This document shows, piece after piece, positions 42,524 through 50,917 of a DNA stretch of 64,000 nt. Source of the stretch: a virus; IMG/VR virus record IMGVR_UViG_3300047557_002442, positions 37,220 to 101,219 of that record. The stretch is one strand, 5' to 3'. Under the pieces are notes generated by a model. The model made no database searches. It saw nothing but the letters and a program-made list of their open reading frames with translations, and was not told the DNA's origin. Every line of letters begins with the position of its first letter. Position 1 is the stretch's first letter. The translations under genes and the position numbers were made by a program.

Positions 42524-42546
42524 AAGCCCCACAGAACGTGGGGCTT
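42524..42546 (-). terminator. Intrinsic terminator between convergent genes
   Basis: AAGCCCCAC / GTGGGGCTT stem with T-run on the minus strand. Confidence 0.7.
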
Positions 42547-42581
42547 CGACCTACTAGGAGTTTTTATGAATCGCTACGATA

Positions 42582-42866
42582 TTAGATACCGTATGTCATA
42601 GCACGGTAGCCAGCAGCTACCAATGCACGTGATGGACTGCCTAAGCGATACTTAGTAGTCTCTACACCACGAGAGTTTACTTTACGGTTAGCATAGATTG
42701 CCAAACCTTCTTCGTGACGTAGTGAGTGAATAACAGCACGTGGAGCTTTGATCTTATATTGACCAGAGATTTGTGCTTCAGTTAATTCTTTACCTGCTTG
42801 GAACGCTTTACGCAATACATCTTTTTGACTCATTTTCATACTTACATCCTTTTCAAAAGTTAACAT
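42582..42866 (-). CDS. Winged-helix DNA-binding protein
   Basis: ELTEAQI...PRAVIHSLR.EG..IY, YRLG.PSR. Confidence 0.6.
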   Translation of the reverse strand: MLTFEKDVSMKMSQKDVLRKAFQAGKELTEAQISGQYKIKAPRAVIHSLRHEEGLAIYANRKVNSRGVETTKYRLGSPSRALVAAGYRAMTYGI

Positions 42867-43379
42867 TACAAAAGAAATACTACTATACTACACTTTATTA
42901 TAAAAGTCAACAGCATCATATTCTTGTTCTAATACTTCTACTTCTGTCCACGCTGCTAAATGGACTAACTCTTTGTTTTTATTGTAACAACGAGAATACA
43001 TCCCATCAATCTTTTCAAACTTCAGCACTTCATTTTGTTTAGCTGGAATTGCTCTGTATTGTGGTACTGTTACTTTCTCGTCAATGATTCTAATTAGTTT
43101 GTTTCTTGGAACTTCGTATAACTTCATACACCTAGACCCATTCCTGCCAGAATGAAGTCCTGCGCTTTCTTGAGCTTACTTGCTCTATTGCGAGTACTCA
43201 TAATTGCAAGTACGATTTGGTCTTTACGTGGTTGATGACCACCACCTGCCTGTACTACTTCACAGCAAAAGGTTTCAAACTCATCGTCACCCATAGTTTC
43301 AAATGCTGTGTATAGATTCTTGAGAGTGTCTTCTCCCAATGTATCATTCTTTAAACGTGGCTTACTTGATGTTTGTGTA

Positions 43380-43676
43380 TCAAACACTGTGTATCTCCTT
43401 GTGATATTTTAAAACTGACTCTGCTCTTGCCGAAACCCATTTGTCTTTAGGTAAATGCATTCCTGTAGTACCATCCCAGTCATAGAACTGTCTATCATAG
43501 AACTTTATGACACAACAATCCTGATGTTCTGTTTGCAGTTTAGTAAGATCATCTGCCCATTGTTGCCACTGATCATCTGAAATGATCGGATCGTCTAAGT
43601 GATAGTACAGATACGAATGTATCAACATCTGTGCTCTACGACGTTTGATTAGTTGTTTGGCTTGTTTCTTATCCAC
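43380..43676 (-). CDS. Stand-alone NAD-ligase subdomain-Ia-like protein
   Basis: HSYLYY..DDPIISD..W....DL..LQ. Confidence 0.6.
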   Translation of the reverse strand: MDKKQAKQLIKRRRAQMLIHSYLYYHLDDPIISDDQWQQWADDLTKLQTEHQDCCVIKFYDRQFYDWDGTTGMHLPKDKWVSARAESVLKYHKEIHSV

Positions 43677-44884
43677 TTATATACACCCAGCAAATAAAGA
43701 TAAAGTAAGCTAATCCCCATGCAGCACCCCAACCCATACCAATCATTATAGCTACGATTATGTTGAGAATGAATGCCATAAACTTAGACATTCATATATT
43801 CCTGAATTAAACCAGCAACGATACGTTCGTCCATATTCATTAGCTGAGATATCTCTTCTATAGAATACTGTGCTCTCAAATACTCTTCAATGGTTCCTAA
43901 CGTATTTTCTAACTGTCGTTTAGTATAACTCATTTGTTTTTCCTCATCAGAAATAATACTATCTCTTTTTCTGAAATTTAAGTCAACATAGTCATCTATA
44001 CGATCCAATGCGTCAGTTTGTTCGTAGGAATCTTGGAACGGATTCACCATAGCTACTCCTGCTTAGATTCAGCGTCATCAATAGCTCGGGTCAATATACT
44101 TAATAGAATGTCATTAGCAACTTTCTGGAACTCGTCCATCTCAGACTCAATAAATCTTGATGTACTGTATAGATTATACTCTAATAAACTCTCATCCTCT
44201 TCATTGACCTTGATGTCCTGGTATGTATATTCAATACCTTCGTACTTACCTTCTGTAATTTTGATGAATGGTATGTCATCATGCATAACAACGACATACT
44301 CAGGTATAGTTAACGTAACATCTTGAATTTCAATAGTTTTCATTCTTCATCCTTCATAATGTGGTGATCATGCACATAGATACTAGTGATAATACCACAT
44401 GCCCCACCTATTGCTGTAAAAAGTAACACAGTTAATCCACCAGTGGCGGCATACTTAACAAAAATAAAATTTGATACACTAATCAACATACTAGTAATTG
44501 CTGCTGCAGCATACTTACTATGCATGACGTTCTTACTCTGCATTCCAAGTAATCCAACTAAAAAGAATGCTGATACGAATACTATAACACAATCCCAAAA
44601 ACTCATAATAACCCCTTGATATATTTGTACATTTGTACATAGTATCTAAATTGCTTGGGTTCGTGCGTTGGACTCGATAGAGTGCCAAACAACTCGTACA
44701 TACTATCTAAATGCTGATTTAACTCTTCATCTGTCATAATTATCTATCTGTTTAGTATTTAAGTCAACACTTCTTATACTTACCACAGTTTTCCTCATCA
44801 TACTTCTGGTTATTCTTTATGATCTGGTGTAGAATGTAGGCATTTGAGCCTATGAACACAGCGTTCTGCTGTGCAGACATATTA

Positions 44885-45406
44885 CTACATCCACTTATCG
44901 TTATAGAAAGCAATAAGCTCATTAGCACCTTTGTCTTGCCGTTCATACGCTTCTTTCTCCCATGGTTGGTTCATATACGCATTATGTGTGGTTCCCATAT
45001 TCATACACTTCTTTTGTTCCCACATCCAACATGCTTTATTCATATTCCATTCCAAGCGCTTAGTCATATACTGTTCAGCATGCACAAGTTCATGTGCCAT
45101 AGTCTTAGCAAGACGTGACAATCGTTGGTTTATGTTGAAGTCAATCTCTACACAAATATACTTATTGTTTCCTACACATCTACCAGCTACACCATTGGCC
45201 TTGATATGTCGTAGTACAAACTTGATAGGTAGTTTCTTTTTGACTTTTGCGTTGATCTTAGGTACAAGTGTACGCTTCGCAGCCTTACAGACTCTGCGGA
45301 ACTCATTTATCATCTTTTCTGCATTGATAGTGGAATACTTCACCTGGTGTGAAACATACACGTTTGTATCTATTTCTACATCTGATGGTTTAATATATGT
45401 CGTCAT
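44885..45406 (-). CDS. HExxH zinc metalloprotease-like protein
   Basis: AHELVHAEQY...PWEKEA. Confidence 0.7.
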   Translation of the reverse strand: MTTYIKPSDVEIDTNVYVSHQVKYSTINAEKMINEFRRVCKAAKRTLVPKINAKVKKKLPIKFVLRHIKANGVAGRCVGNNKYICVEIDFNINQRLSRLAKTMAHELVHAEQYMTKRLEWNMNKACWMWEQKKCMNMGTTHNAYMNQPWEKEAYERQDKGANELIAFYNDKWM

Positions 45407-45469
45407 TCTGTCTCCTTAACTTTAGTCATTATCGAATGAATAGAATATTAAGTCAACACTGAGAGTTGA

Positions 45470-45548
45470 TGGTGGGTCCCGTGGGATTCGAACCCACTAT
45501 CTATCGGTTATGAGCCGATTGCTTATACCAGATTTAAGCTTGAGACCC
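45470..45548 (-). tRNA. tRNA-Ile2/Met (CAU)
   Basis: Cloverleaf, anticodon loop ctCATaa, encoded CCA. Confidence 0.85.
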
Positions 45549-45550
45549 TT

Positions 45551-45624
45551 TGGAGCGGGATAAGGGAATCGAACCCTCACCAAAAGATTGGAAATCTTTT
45601 GTTCTGCCATTAAACTAATCCCGC
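45551..45624 (-). tRNA. tRNA-Gly (UCC)
   Basis: ttTCCaa loop, CCA. Confidence 0.9.
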
Positions 45625-45625
45625 A

Positions 45626-45815
45626 GTCCAACTGTTAGCAACTTATGTCCTCACCGTTGGCGTTTGGACGGCCTAATACGTTTAGGAAGACGTTTGGGAG
45701 TTATCCTCCCTAATGACCGAATCCTCATACGTCTATAAGGCAATAACTGTAAATTCAGTTTAGCATTTGCACCCTGACACTACATCGCAGGACAAAGTGG
45801 CTCGGTTCATTTATA
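45626..45815 (-). ncRNA. Candidate structured RNA
   Basis: ORF-free and GC-elevated; hairpins GGGAG-gataa-CTCCC and GACGT/ACGTC. Confidence 0.35.
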
Positions 45816-46382
45816 CTATGCTGCAAATCTTGAATATCTTGGTAGCTTAGCCTTCAAGTAATCCATTTGGTCAGCAACAACGTTTCTGTTTTGTAAAATA
45901 AAATGTTCCCAACGACATGGTCTATATGGAACATACAGTAAGTGCATTTTAGCTTCTTCTGGTGTTCTGTTAGACTTTGTTTCGTTACAGTCCTTACATG
46001 CAGTTACAGAGTTTTCCCAAGCATTAGTACCACCACGACTTTTTGGAAGTACATGGTCTCTTGTTAGCTTTTCAGGATGAAACTCTCCACCGCAGTAGGC
46101 ACAGATATGATGGTCTCTACGGAACAGTAAATGGTTGCCATGTGTATTGATAGTTGGTCTATCAAACCGACGTTTGCATTCACCTTCAATAGCGATAATA
46201 GATTTGGCAACAATCACACTACGGTCGCCAGTTTTTCTTTGAGTACCACCATGGAACGTAGCTATGTCATCACCTAGCTCCCATACTACTTTGTCTGATG
46301 CATAGTAGTGAATGGCTTCTTCCATAGAAAGCCATTTGAATGGATTGCCAGCAATGTCCAAACCTAATATTCTAACGTCCAC
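45816..46382 (-). CDS. HNH endonuclease
   Basis: CAYCG, TRDHVLPKSRGG, WENSVTACKDCN. Confidence 0.9.
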   Translation of the reverse strand: MDVRILGLDIAGNPFKWLSMEEAIHYYASDKVVWELGDDIATFHGGTQRKTGDRSVIVAKSIIAIEGECKRRFDRPTINTHGNHLLFRRDHHICAYCGGEFHPEKLTRDHVLPKSRGGTNAWENSVTACKDCNETKSNRTPEEAKMHLLYVPYRPCRWEHFILQNRNVVADQMDYLKAKLPRYSRFAA

Positions 46383-46390
46383 GATATCTC

Positions 46391-46807
46391 CTATTCCACT
46401 TCTATCCAGGTGTAATCACCCAGCCATTTTACTTGACAGATATAATCATAATGTTTAGGTGCACCACAACTCCAGTCTGTTGGACCATGTCGCGTTAGTA
46501 GTGTACCACCACGCTTCATATCTCTGGCTAGCCAGTATGTTTCTCCATTATGAATCTGGAAGTCATACTTAGCAGCATGTACCCAATCCGTTACTTCTAA
46601 CCTTCGTTTGATACTCTCGGCCTGTTTCTGTAGTACCTTAACAAGGTCCATGATACGGTCATACTCTTGTTGAGCGTGCATACGAGCAACATTCAACATC
46701 ACATCCTTTTGCTGAGTAACTGGAACCAACTCGAACTTTGGTGCTCCTATATCCATTGGATATGTGAGACTGTGATGCCGCATTGGATCTTGATCAGTTA
46801 TTTTCAT
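46391..46807 (-). CDS. DUF2452-like protein
   Basis: YP...GAPKF, GETY.L, P.DW, LGD.TW. Confidence 0.55.
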   Translation of the reverse strand: MKITDQDPMRHHSLTYPMDIGAPKFELVPVTQQKDVMLNVARMHAQQEYDRIMDLVKVLQKQAESIKRRLEVTDWVHAAKYDFQIHNGETYWLARDMKRGGTLLTRHGPTDWSCGAPKHYDYICQVKWLGDYTWIEVE

Positions 46808-46845
46808 ATCATAATATTCATTGACAACTTGGATGTTTTATTTAT

Positions 46846-46920
46846 TGGTAGGAGCACAGAGACTCGAACTCTGAAAGTCTGGTTAAAAGCCAGATATGAT
46901 AGCCATTTCATCATACTCCC
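46846..46920 (-). tRNA. tRNA-Lys (UUU)
   Basis: ctTTTaa loop, CCA. Confidence 0.9.
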
Positions 46921-46922
46921 AT

Positions 46923-46999
46923 TGGTGCGGATGGTCAGATTCGAACCGACACTTTACGGATTTTAAGTCCGTTGACTCTACCTATTGGCCTACATCCGC
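46923..46999 (-). tRNA. tRNA-Leu (UAA), short variable arm
   Basis: ctTAAaa loop, CCA. Confidence 0.88.
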
Positions 47000-47061
47000 A
47001 GCTGGAACTTCATAGAGATACAGGCTCTCAGTTCCGATTGCTTTCCTGTATTGCATTATAT

Positions 47062-47138
47062 TGGTGCCCAAGGAGGGATTCGAACCCACACTGTACAGTG
47101 TTTGAAACTGTCGCCTCTACCTATTGCGCTACTTGGGC
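47062..47138 (-). tRNA. tRNA-Leu (CAA), short variable arm
   Basis: ttCAAac loop, CCA. Confidence 0.85.
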
Positions 47139-47189
47139 ATTGTCTTACCTGTAAGTCATATTACGAATTATGACTTAGATATAAGTGAC

Positions 47190-47264
47190 TGGTGGTAATG
47201 AGTGGACTTGAACCACTAACATTCTCCGTATGAAGGAGGTGGACTACCATTGTCCTACATTACC
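47190..47264 (-). tRNA. tRNA-Met (CAU)
   Basis: ttCATac loop, CCA. Confidence 0.85.
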
Positions 47265-47271
47265 TAAATTC

Positions 47272-47346
47272 TGGGGTCACCGAGGAGGTTCGAACTCCCA
47301 CTGTAAGAGCCACAATCTTACGTGCTGCCATTACACTACGGTCACC
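47272..47346 (-). tRNA. tRNA-His (GUG)
   Basis: ttGTGgc loop, G-1/C73, CCA. Confidence 0.9.
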
Positions 47347-47449
47347 ATTGTTGCTGTTCTCCCCCACTCTCGGATTGCAGCATATATGAGCTTAACGTAC
47401 TCATATTCCCTAGAACGTCTACAGGCATAGGCGCCTACCCTGTAAATTC

Positions 47450-47523
47450 TGGCTCCGGTGGAGGGAATCGAACCCCCACTAACGGTTTTGGAGACCGCTG
47501 CGCTACCATTACGCCACACCGAA
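47450..47523 (-). tRNA. tRNA-Trp (CCA)
   Basis: ctCCAaa loop, CCA. Confidence 0.9.
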
Positions 47524-47531
47524 GTAAAACT

Positions 47532-47609
47532 TGGAGCATAGAGTGGGATTTGAACCCACGGGGTTACAGTTTTGCAGACTGTTGCTTTGGACCACTCAGC
47601 CATCTATGC
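47532..47609 (-). tRNA. tRNA-Cys (GCA)
   Basis: ctGCAaa loop, U73, CCA. Confidence 0.9.
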
Positions 47610-48014
47610 TTCGATTGGGAACAACTCCGTAAACTTAGCTGTCATAATTTCAACTAACTTAGGGTCTCTATAAGCATAGTCATCTTCGATCTCTAAGTTG
47701 ATTACTTGTTTGTAACTAAAGTCTGTAATCACATTTGCCAATTCATTCTGCATAGCATTGATTTCGAGTTGCTGGAATGAATCCATACAAAGTATAACAT
47801 CAGCCCAAACAACCAATGCATGTGTTACAGGAACAATGGCATATTCCAAACTGGTCCCTGCACATCTGGTATTAAAATTCCAAGGTGGGCTGCTAAGTAT
47901 ATGAGCAGCGGTAGGAGAGCGCAAACAACCAGCGCTACACACAGTAAGTACTCGGCGATGTCTTCCTTGATACGCATTTTGCACAACTCCTAATTGATTT
48001 CTTTTAATCATCAT
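47604..48014 (-). CDS. Low-molecular-weight PTP-like phosphatase
   Basis: VCSAGCLRSPTA (Cx5R), WADVILCM, IEDDY. Confidence 0.8.
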   Translation of the reverse strand: MMIKRNQLGVVQNAYQGRHRRVLTVCSAGCLRSPTAAHILSSPPWNFNTRCAGTSLEYAIVPVTHALVVWADVILCMDSFQQLEINAMQNELANVITDFSYKQVINLEIEDDYAYRDPKLVEIMTAKFTELFPIEA

Positions 48015-48060
48015 TTACTCCAAGAAATACATTATCATGTATCGCATTTATTAAGTCAAC

Positions 48061-48136
48061 TGGTAGGACCCCACAGAATCGAACTGTGTCCTCATGCTCT
48101 TCAGGCACGCGCGCAGACCACGTACGCCAGAGTCCT
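48061..48136 (-). tRNA. tRNA-Phe (GAA)
   Basis: ctGAAga loop, CCA. Confidence 0.88.
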
Positions 48137-48143
48137 ATAAATC

Positions 48144-48220
48144 TGGTCCTCGGAGGTGGAATCGAACCACCACTCTATCGATTATCAGTCGATTGTTTTG
48201 AACCATTAAACTACCCGAGG
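48144..48220 (-). tRNA. tRNA-Ile (GAU)
   Basis: ctGATaa loop, CCA. Confidence 0.9.
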
Positions 48221-48222
48221 TT

Positions 48223-48297
48223 TGGCGCGGCTGGTAGGATTCGAACCTACATAAGAGGGCTTAGAAGACCCTTGCACATCCCTTGTACCACAACCGC
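48223..48297 (-). tRNA. tRNA-Arg (UCU)
   Basis: ctTCTaa loop, CCA. Confidence 0.9.
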
Positions 48298-48302
48298 AAA
48301 AC

Positions 48303-48378
48303 TGGCACCCTTGGAAGGAATCGAACCTCCATCATGACGTTCGTAGCGTCGTATTCTAATCCGTTGAACTACAAGGGT
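48303..48378 (-). tRNA. tRNA-Arg (ACG)
   Basis: ctACGaa loop, CCA. Confidence 0.9.
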
Positions 48379-48379
48379 A

Positions 48380-48889
48380 TTACTCTTCCACAATCTCGTC
48401 GTCAGCCATCAAGATTGGACATAATTTTTCTACACTGTCAAACATATGTCTGAGTCTATTTTTATCATATCCATACGAGTCTAATTTGTTTAATACTTTT
48501 TCATTAAAGTCTGGAGCAGCTTCTCTATGATGACGGTGATGTCTATAGAATGAATGCATTCTAAACAATCCATATGCATGCTTTGTTGATAAAGCCATAA
48601 TTGCACATGCACTATCACAATGATCTAAACTATACCAATAAACGTTTCCATGTTTATTAACTGCATCCATTGCTTCAAACAAATCAGCACTTGTGCCACC
48701 AGCACTTGAAACATAGAAACTTATAGTCTTGTTAGGATTACTCTTAACTATTTGAATAATCTCATCATACTCTTCTTTGTCTAGCTTACCGACTATTCTA
48801 TATTCACTGTCAGCTACCTTCTGTACTACAGGAATAGTAGCAGTACAAGCAGTTAATAATAAAAGTATGAATATAAGTTTCACATGCAT
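48380..48889 (-). CDS. Lipoprotein with ClpP/crotonase-like motifs
   Basis: LLLTAC lipobox, SAGG, CDSACA. Confidence 0.5.
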   Translation of the reverse strand: MHVKLIFILLLLTACTATIPVVQKVADSEYRIVGKLDKEEYDEIIQIVKSNPNKTISFYVSSAGGTSADLFEAMDAVNKHGNVYWYSLDHCDSACAIMALSTKHAYGLFRMHSFYRHHRHHREAAPDFNEKVLNKLDSYGYDKNRLRHMFDSVEKLCPILMADDEIVEE

Positions 48890-48895
48890 CCTAAT

Positions 48896-48971
48896 TGGCG
48901 ACCCGTAAGGGAATCGAACCCTTATGTCCCACTAGACAGGCGGGCATAATAATCCACTATATGAACGGGCC
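48896..48971 (-). tRNA. tRNA-Asp (GUC)
   Basis: ctGTCta loop, CCA. Confidence 0.9.
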
Positions 48972-48976
48972 AAAAC

Positions 48977-49050
48977 TGGTTGCGGGCGTCCGAATTGCAC
49001 GGCGTCTCGAGCTTATGAGGCTCGCGAGCTACTGTTGCTCCACCCCCGCA
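48977..49050 (-). tRNA. tRNA-fMet-like (CAU)
   Basis: TGCGGGG 5' end, ctCATaa loop, AACCA end; atypical T-loop. Confidence 0.75.
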
Positions 49051-49056
49051 GTAATC

Positions 49057-49132
49057 TGGTGCCCCCTGTCGGATTTGAACTGACAACCTATCGCTTACAA
49101 GGCGATTGCACTACCAATTGTGCTAAAGAGGC
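49057..49132 (-). tRNA. tRNA-Thr (UGU)
   Basis: ctTGTaa loop, CCA. Confidence 0.9.
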
Positions 49133-49133
49133 A

Positions 49134-49209
49134 TGGTACTCAGTGTAGGAATCGAACCTACATAATCTATCTTGTAAGGATAGTCTCTAACCACTCGAGT
49201 CAACTGAGT
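49134..49209 (-). tRNA. tRNA-Val (UAC)
   Basis: ctTACaa loop, CCA. Confidence 0.9.
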
Positions 49210-49211
49210 AT

Positions 49212-49424
49212 AGGTGTTAAGCTACTCGCACTACCGAGCCCTTAACTGAGGTGTTTACCCTGTCTCAACTGTGGCCCTTATGGATGGTACAGTCTCAACC
49301 CACGAATCTTTCAAGGCTCCCTACAACGGGACTTCGAGGTGGCCGCTAAGCCGTATCGTGTGCACCCTGCTCTTATGGTTTGGCAATTACCCACTTTCTT
49401 CAAGTAAAAGTGTAAACTAGTGTT
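49212..49424 (-). ncRNA. Candidate structured RNA of about 210 nt between tRNAs
   Basis: ORF-free and GC-elevated; hairpins GTTAAG..CTTAAC, CACTTT..AAAGTG, ACTGT..ACAGT. Confidence 0.45.
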
Positions 49425-49425
49425 C

Positions 49426-49499
49426 TGGAGCGGATAACGAGGTTCGAACTCGTGATTCAACCTTGGCAAGGTCGTGTATTACCACTATACTATATCCGC
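49426..49499 (-). tRNA. tRNA-Gly (GCC)
   Basis: ttGCCaa loop, CCA. Confidence 0.9.
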
Positions 49500-49500
49500 A

Positions 49501-49560
49501 TGGTGGGGTGTCTTAACAGTGTACTTCCGACACCCCGAACACGTAATGTACACACGTGCC
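49501..49560 (-). ncRNA. Two-hairpin RNA ending in ACCA
   Basis: GGCACGU/ACGUGUU and GGGGUGUC/GACACCCC stems with complementary loops. Confidence 0.45.
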
Positions 49561-49567
49561 TGCAGCT

Positions 49568-49639
49568 TGGTGGACCGTGAGGGAGTCGAACCCTCCAGGA
49601 GTTGCGTGCAAGGCATCTCTGTACCCCGGTACACAGCCC
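49568..49639 (-). tRNA. tRNA-Ala (UGC)
   Basis: ctTGCac loop, G3-U70, CCA. Confidence 0.85.
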
Positions 49640-49713
49640 ATAATACATCTAGGCACTGATGAGTCAGTTGTTTAAAACTAGCGCTCAATGGAATCCCGCT
49701 TCGTTCCTAAAAC

Positions 49714-49789
49714 TGGTCTCGCATGAAGGACTCGAACCTTCGAACTCTCCGCCCCAAACGGAGTGGTATAGCCGCTAACCGAATGCGAG
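49714..49789 (-). tRNA. tRNA-Pro (UGG)
   Basis: ttTGGgg loop, CCA. Confidence 0.9.
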
Positions 49790-49796
49790 ATAAAAC

Positions 49797-49873
49797 TGGC
49801 TGCCTAGGGAGGGCTCGAACCTCCGACATCCTGATTAACAGTCAGGCGCAACTACCAACTGTGCTACTAGACA
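49797..49873 (-). tRNA. tRNA-Asn (GUU)
   Basis: ctGTTaa loop, CCA. Confidence 0.9.
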
Positions 49874-49989
49874 ATAATTCTTGGGATCATGTTGGCCAAG
49901 GCCTTTTTCGTGCTTGGCGCCGCGATCCCTCCGGCCTCCTCCCCACAACTTCAATTGTTGCCGCTCAAAGTTGCCCGAGGATATTTGTT

Positions 49990-50067
49990 TGGTGGGCTCT
50001 CTCGGACTCGAACCGAGACGCAACTCGTTCTAAGCGAGCTAGGTATGCCAATTCCCGTCAAAAGCCC
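49990..50067 (-). tRNA. tRNA-Leu (UAG), short variable arm
   Basis: ctTAGaa loop, CCA. Confidence 0.85.
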
Positions 50068-50069
50068 TT

Positions 50070-50161
50070 TGGCGGAGAATATTGGATTTGAACCAATGAT
50101 ACGATTTTACTCATATTCCTTCTTAGCAGGAAGGTGTCTTAAACCACTCGACCAATTCTCC
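50070..50161 (-). tRNA. tRNA-Ser (GCU)
   Basis: ctGCTaa loop, long variable arm, GCCA. Confidence 0.9.
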
Positions 50162-50518
50162 GTATTCTGTTTCAGGGTCAATAATAAGAACTGTTCTAGG
50201 TACTATATTTTTATTAATATACACAACCTTATTATCATCTGCCAAGTAGAATGCCCACCCATCAATTAACGTACGATCAACAGGGACAACCTTACCATTT
50301 ACAACAGACTTTGATGCTAATTCGTATCTATTTGACACCCTATTTTTTATTCGCTCTCTATATTTTACTTGCAATCTATATGTCTGTCCACATTCATCAA
50401 CTGCAATTAAATCAATAGGGGAATGATCATCAAATGCAGGAAACACATAGAATCCCTTTTCTTGAAGATCATCAATAACTTTAATTAACCCTTTAACACC
50501 TTTTTGATTTACATTCAT
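50123..50518 (-). CDS. Free-standing PD-(D/E)XK endonuclease (homing-endonuclease-like)
   Basis: N.KG, PIDLIA...RLQVKYR. Confidence 0.7.
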   Translation of the reverse strand: MNVNQKGVKGLIKVIDDLQEKGFYVFPAFDDHSPIDLIAVDECGQTYRLQVKYRERIKNRVSNRYELASKSVVNGKVVPVDRTLIDGWAFYLADDNKVVYINKNIVPRTVLIIDPETEYGELVEWFKTPSC

Positions 50519-50650
50519 AATTATATCCTAAATAATTATTTATGTAAGCCCAGAGGTTGAGTCAACCTCTGTTACAAATAAAATTGGGCGGTTTTCTACG
50601 CTCTCCTAACCTCGAATACATTAAGTCGTAGCTTTCTCCCAAAATAAAAC

Positions 50651-50741
50651 TGGCGGAAGGATGGCGGAATCGAACCCCTGGCTATCCCTAGCTCGCTCTG
50701 CTTTCAAAACAGACGCAACATCCCCGGTTGCATAACCTTCC
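50651..50741 (-). tRNA. tRNA-Ser (UGA)
   Basis: ttTGAaa loop, long variable arm, GCCA. Confidence 0.88.
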
Positions 50742-50748
50742 GTAAAAC

Positions 50749-50823
50749 TGGCAGAGGTACTAGGACTCGAACCTAGACGAACAGCTTCAAAGACTGTTGT
50801 GCTAACCATTACACTATACCCCA
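50749..50823 (-). tRNA. tRNA-Gln (UUG)
   Basis: ctTTGaa loop, CCA. Confidence 0.9.
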
Positions 50824-50830
50824 ACAAAAC

Positions 50831-50913
50831 TGGTGGGTGTTGAGGGAATCGAACCCCCTTGCCGAAGCAACTGTTTTACAGACAGCCGTCAATTCCAGTA
50901 TGACCTAACACCC
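50831..50913 (-). tRNA. tRNA-Tyr (GUA)
   Basis: ctGTAaa loop, variable arm, CCA. Confidence 0.9.
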
Positions 50914-50917
50914 AATA

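Noticed and set aside
47002-47054. HDV-like (theta) ribozyme 3' of tRNA-Leu
   Set aside because: Only 5 nt between the candidate P2 and P1 3' strands, leaving no room for P3/L3
49212-49424. RNase P RNA or tmRNA call
   Set aside because: Lacks the conserved P4 pairing and 3' motif of RNase P and the tRNA-Ala-like ends of tmRNA; kept only as an unknown RNA
49645-49712. Hammerhead ribozyme (CTGATGA on the plus strand)
   Set aside because: No matching GAAA core or stems, and it is antisense to the array
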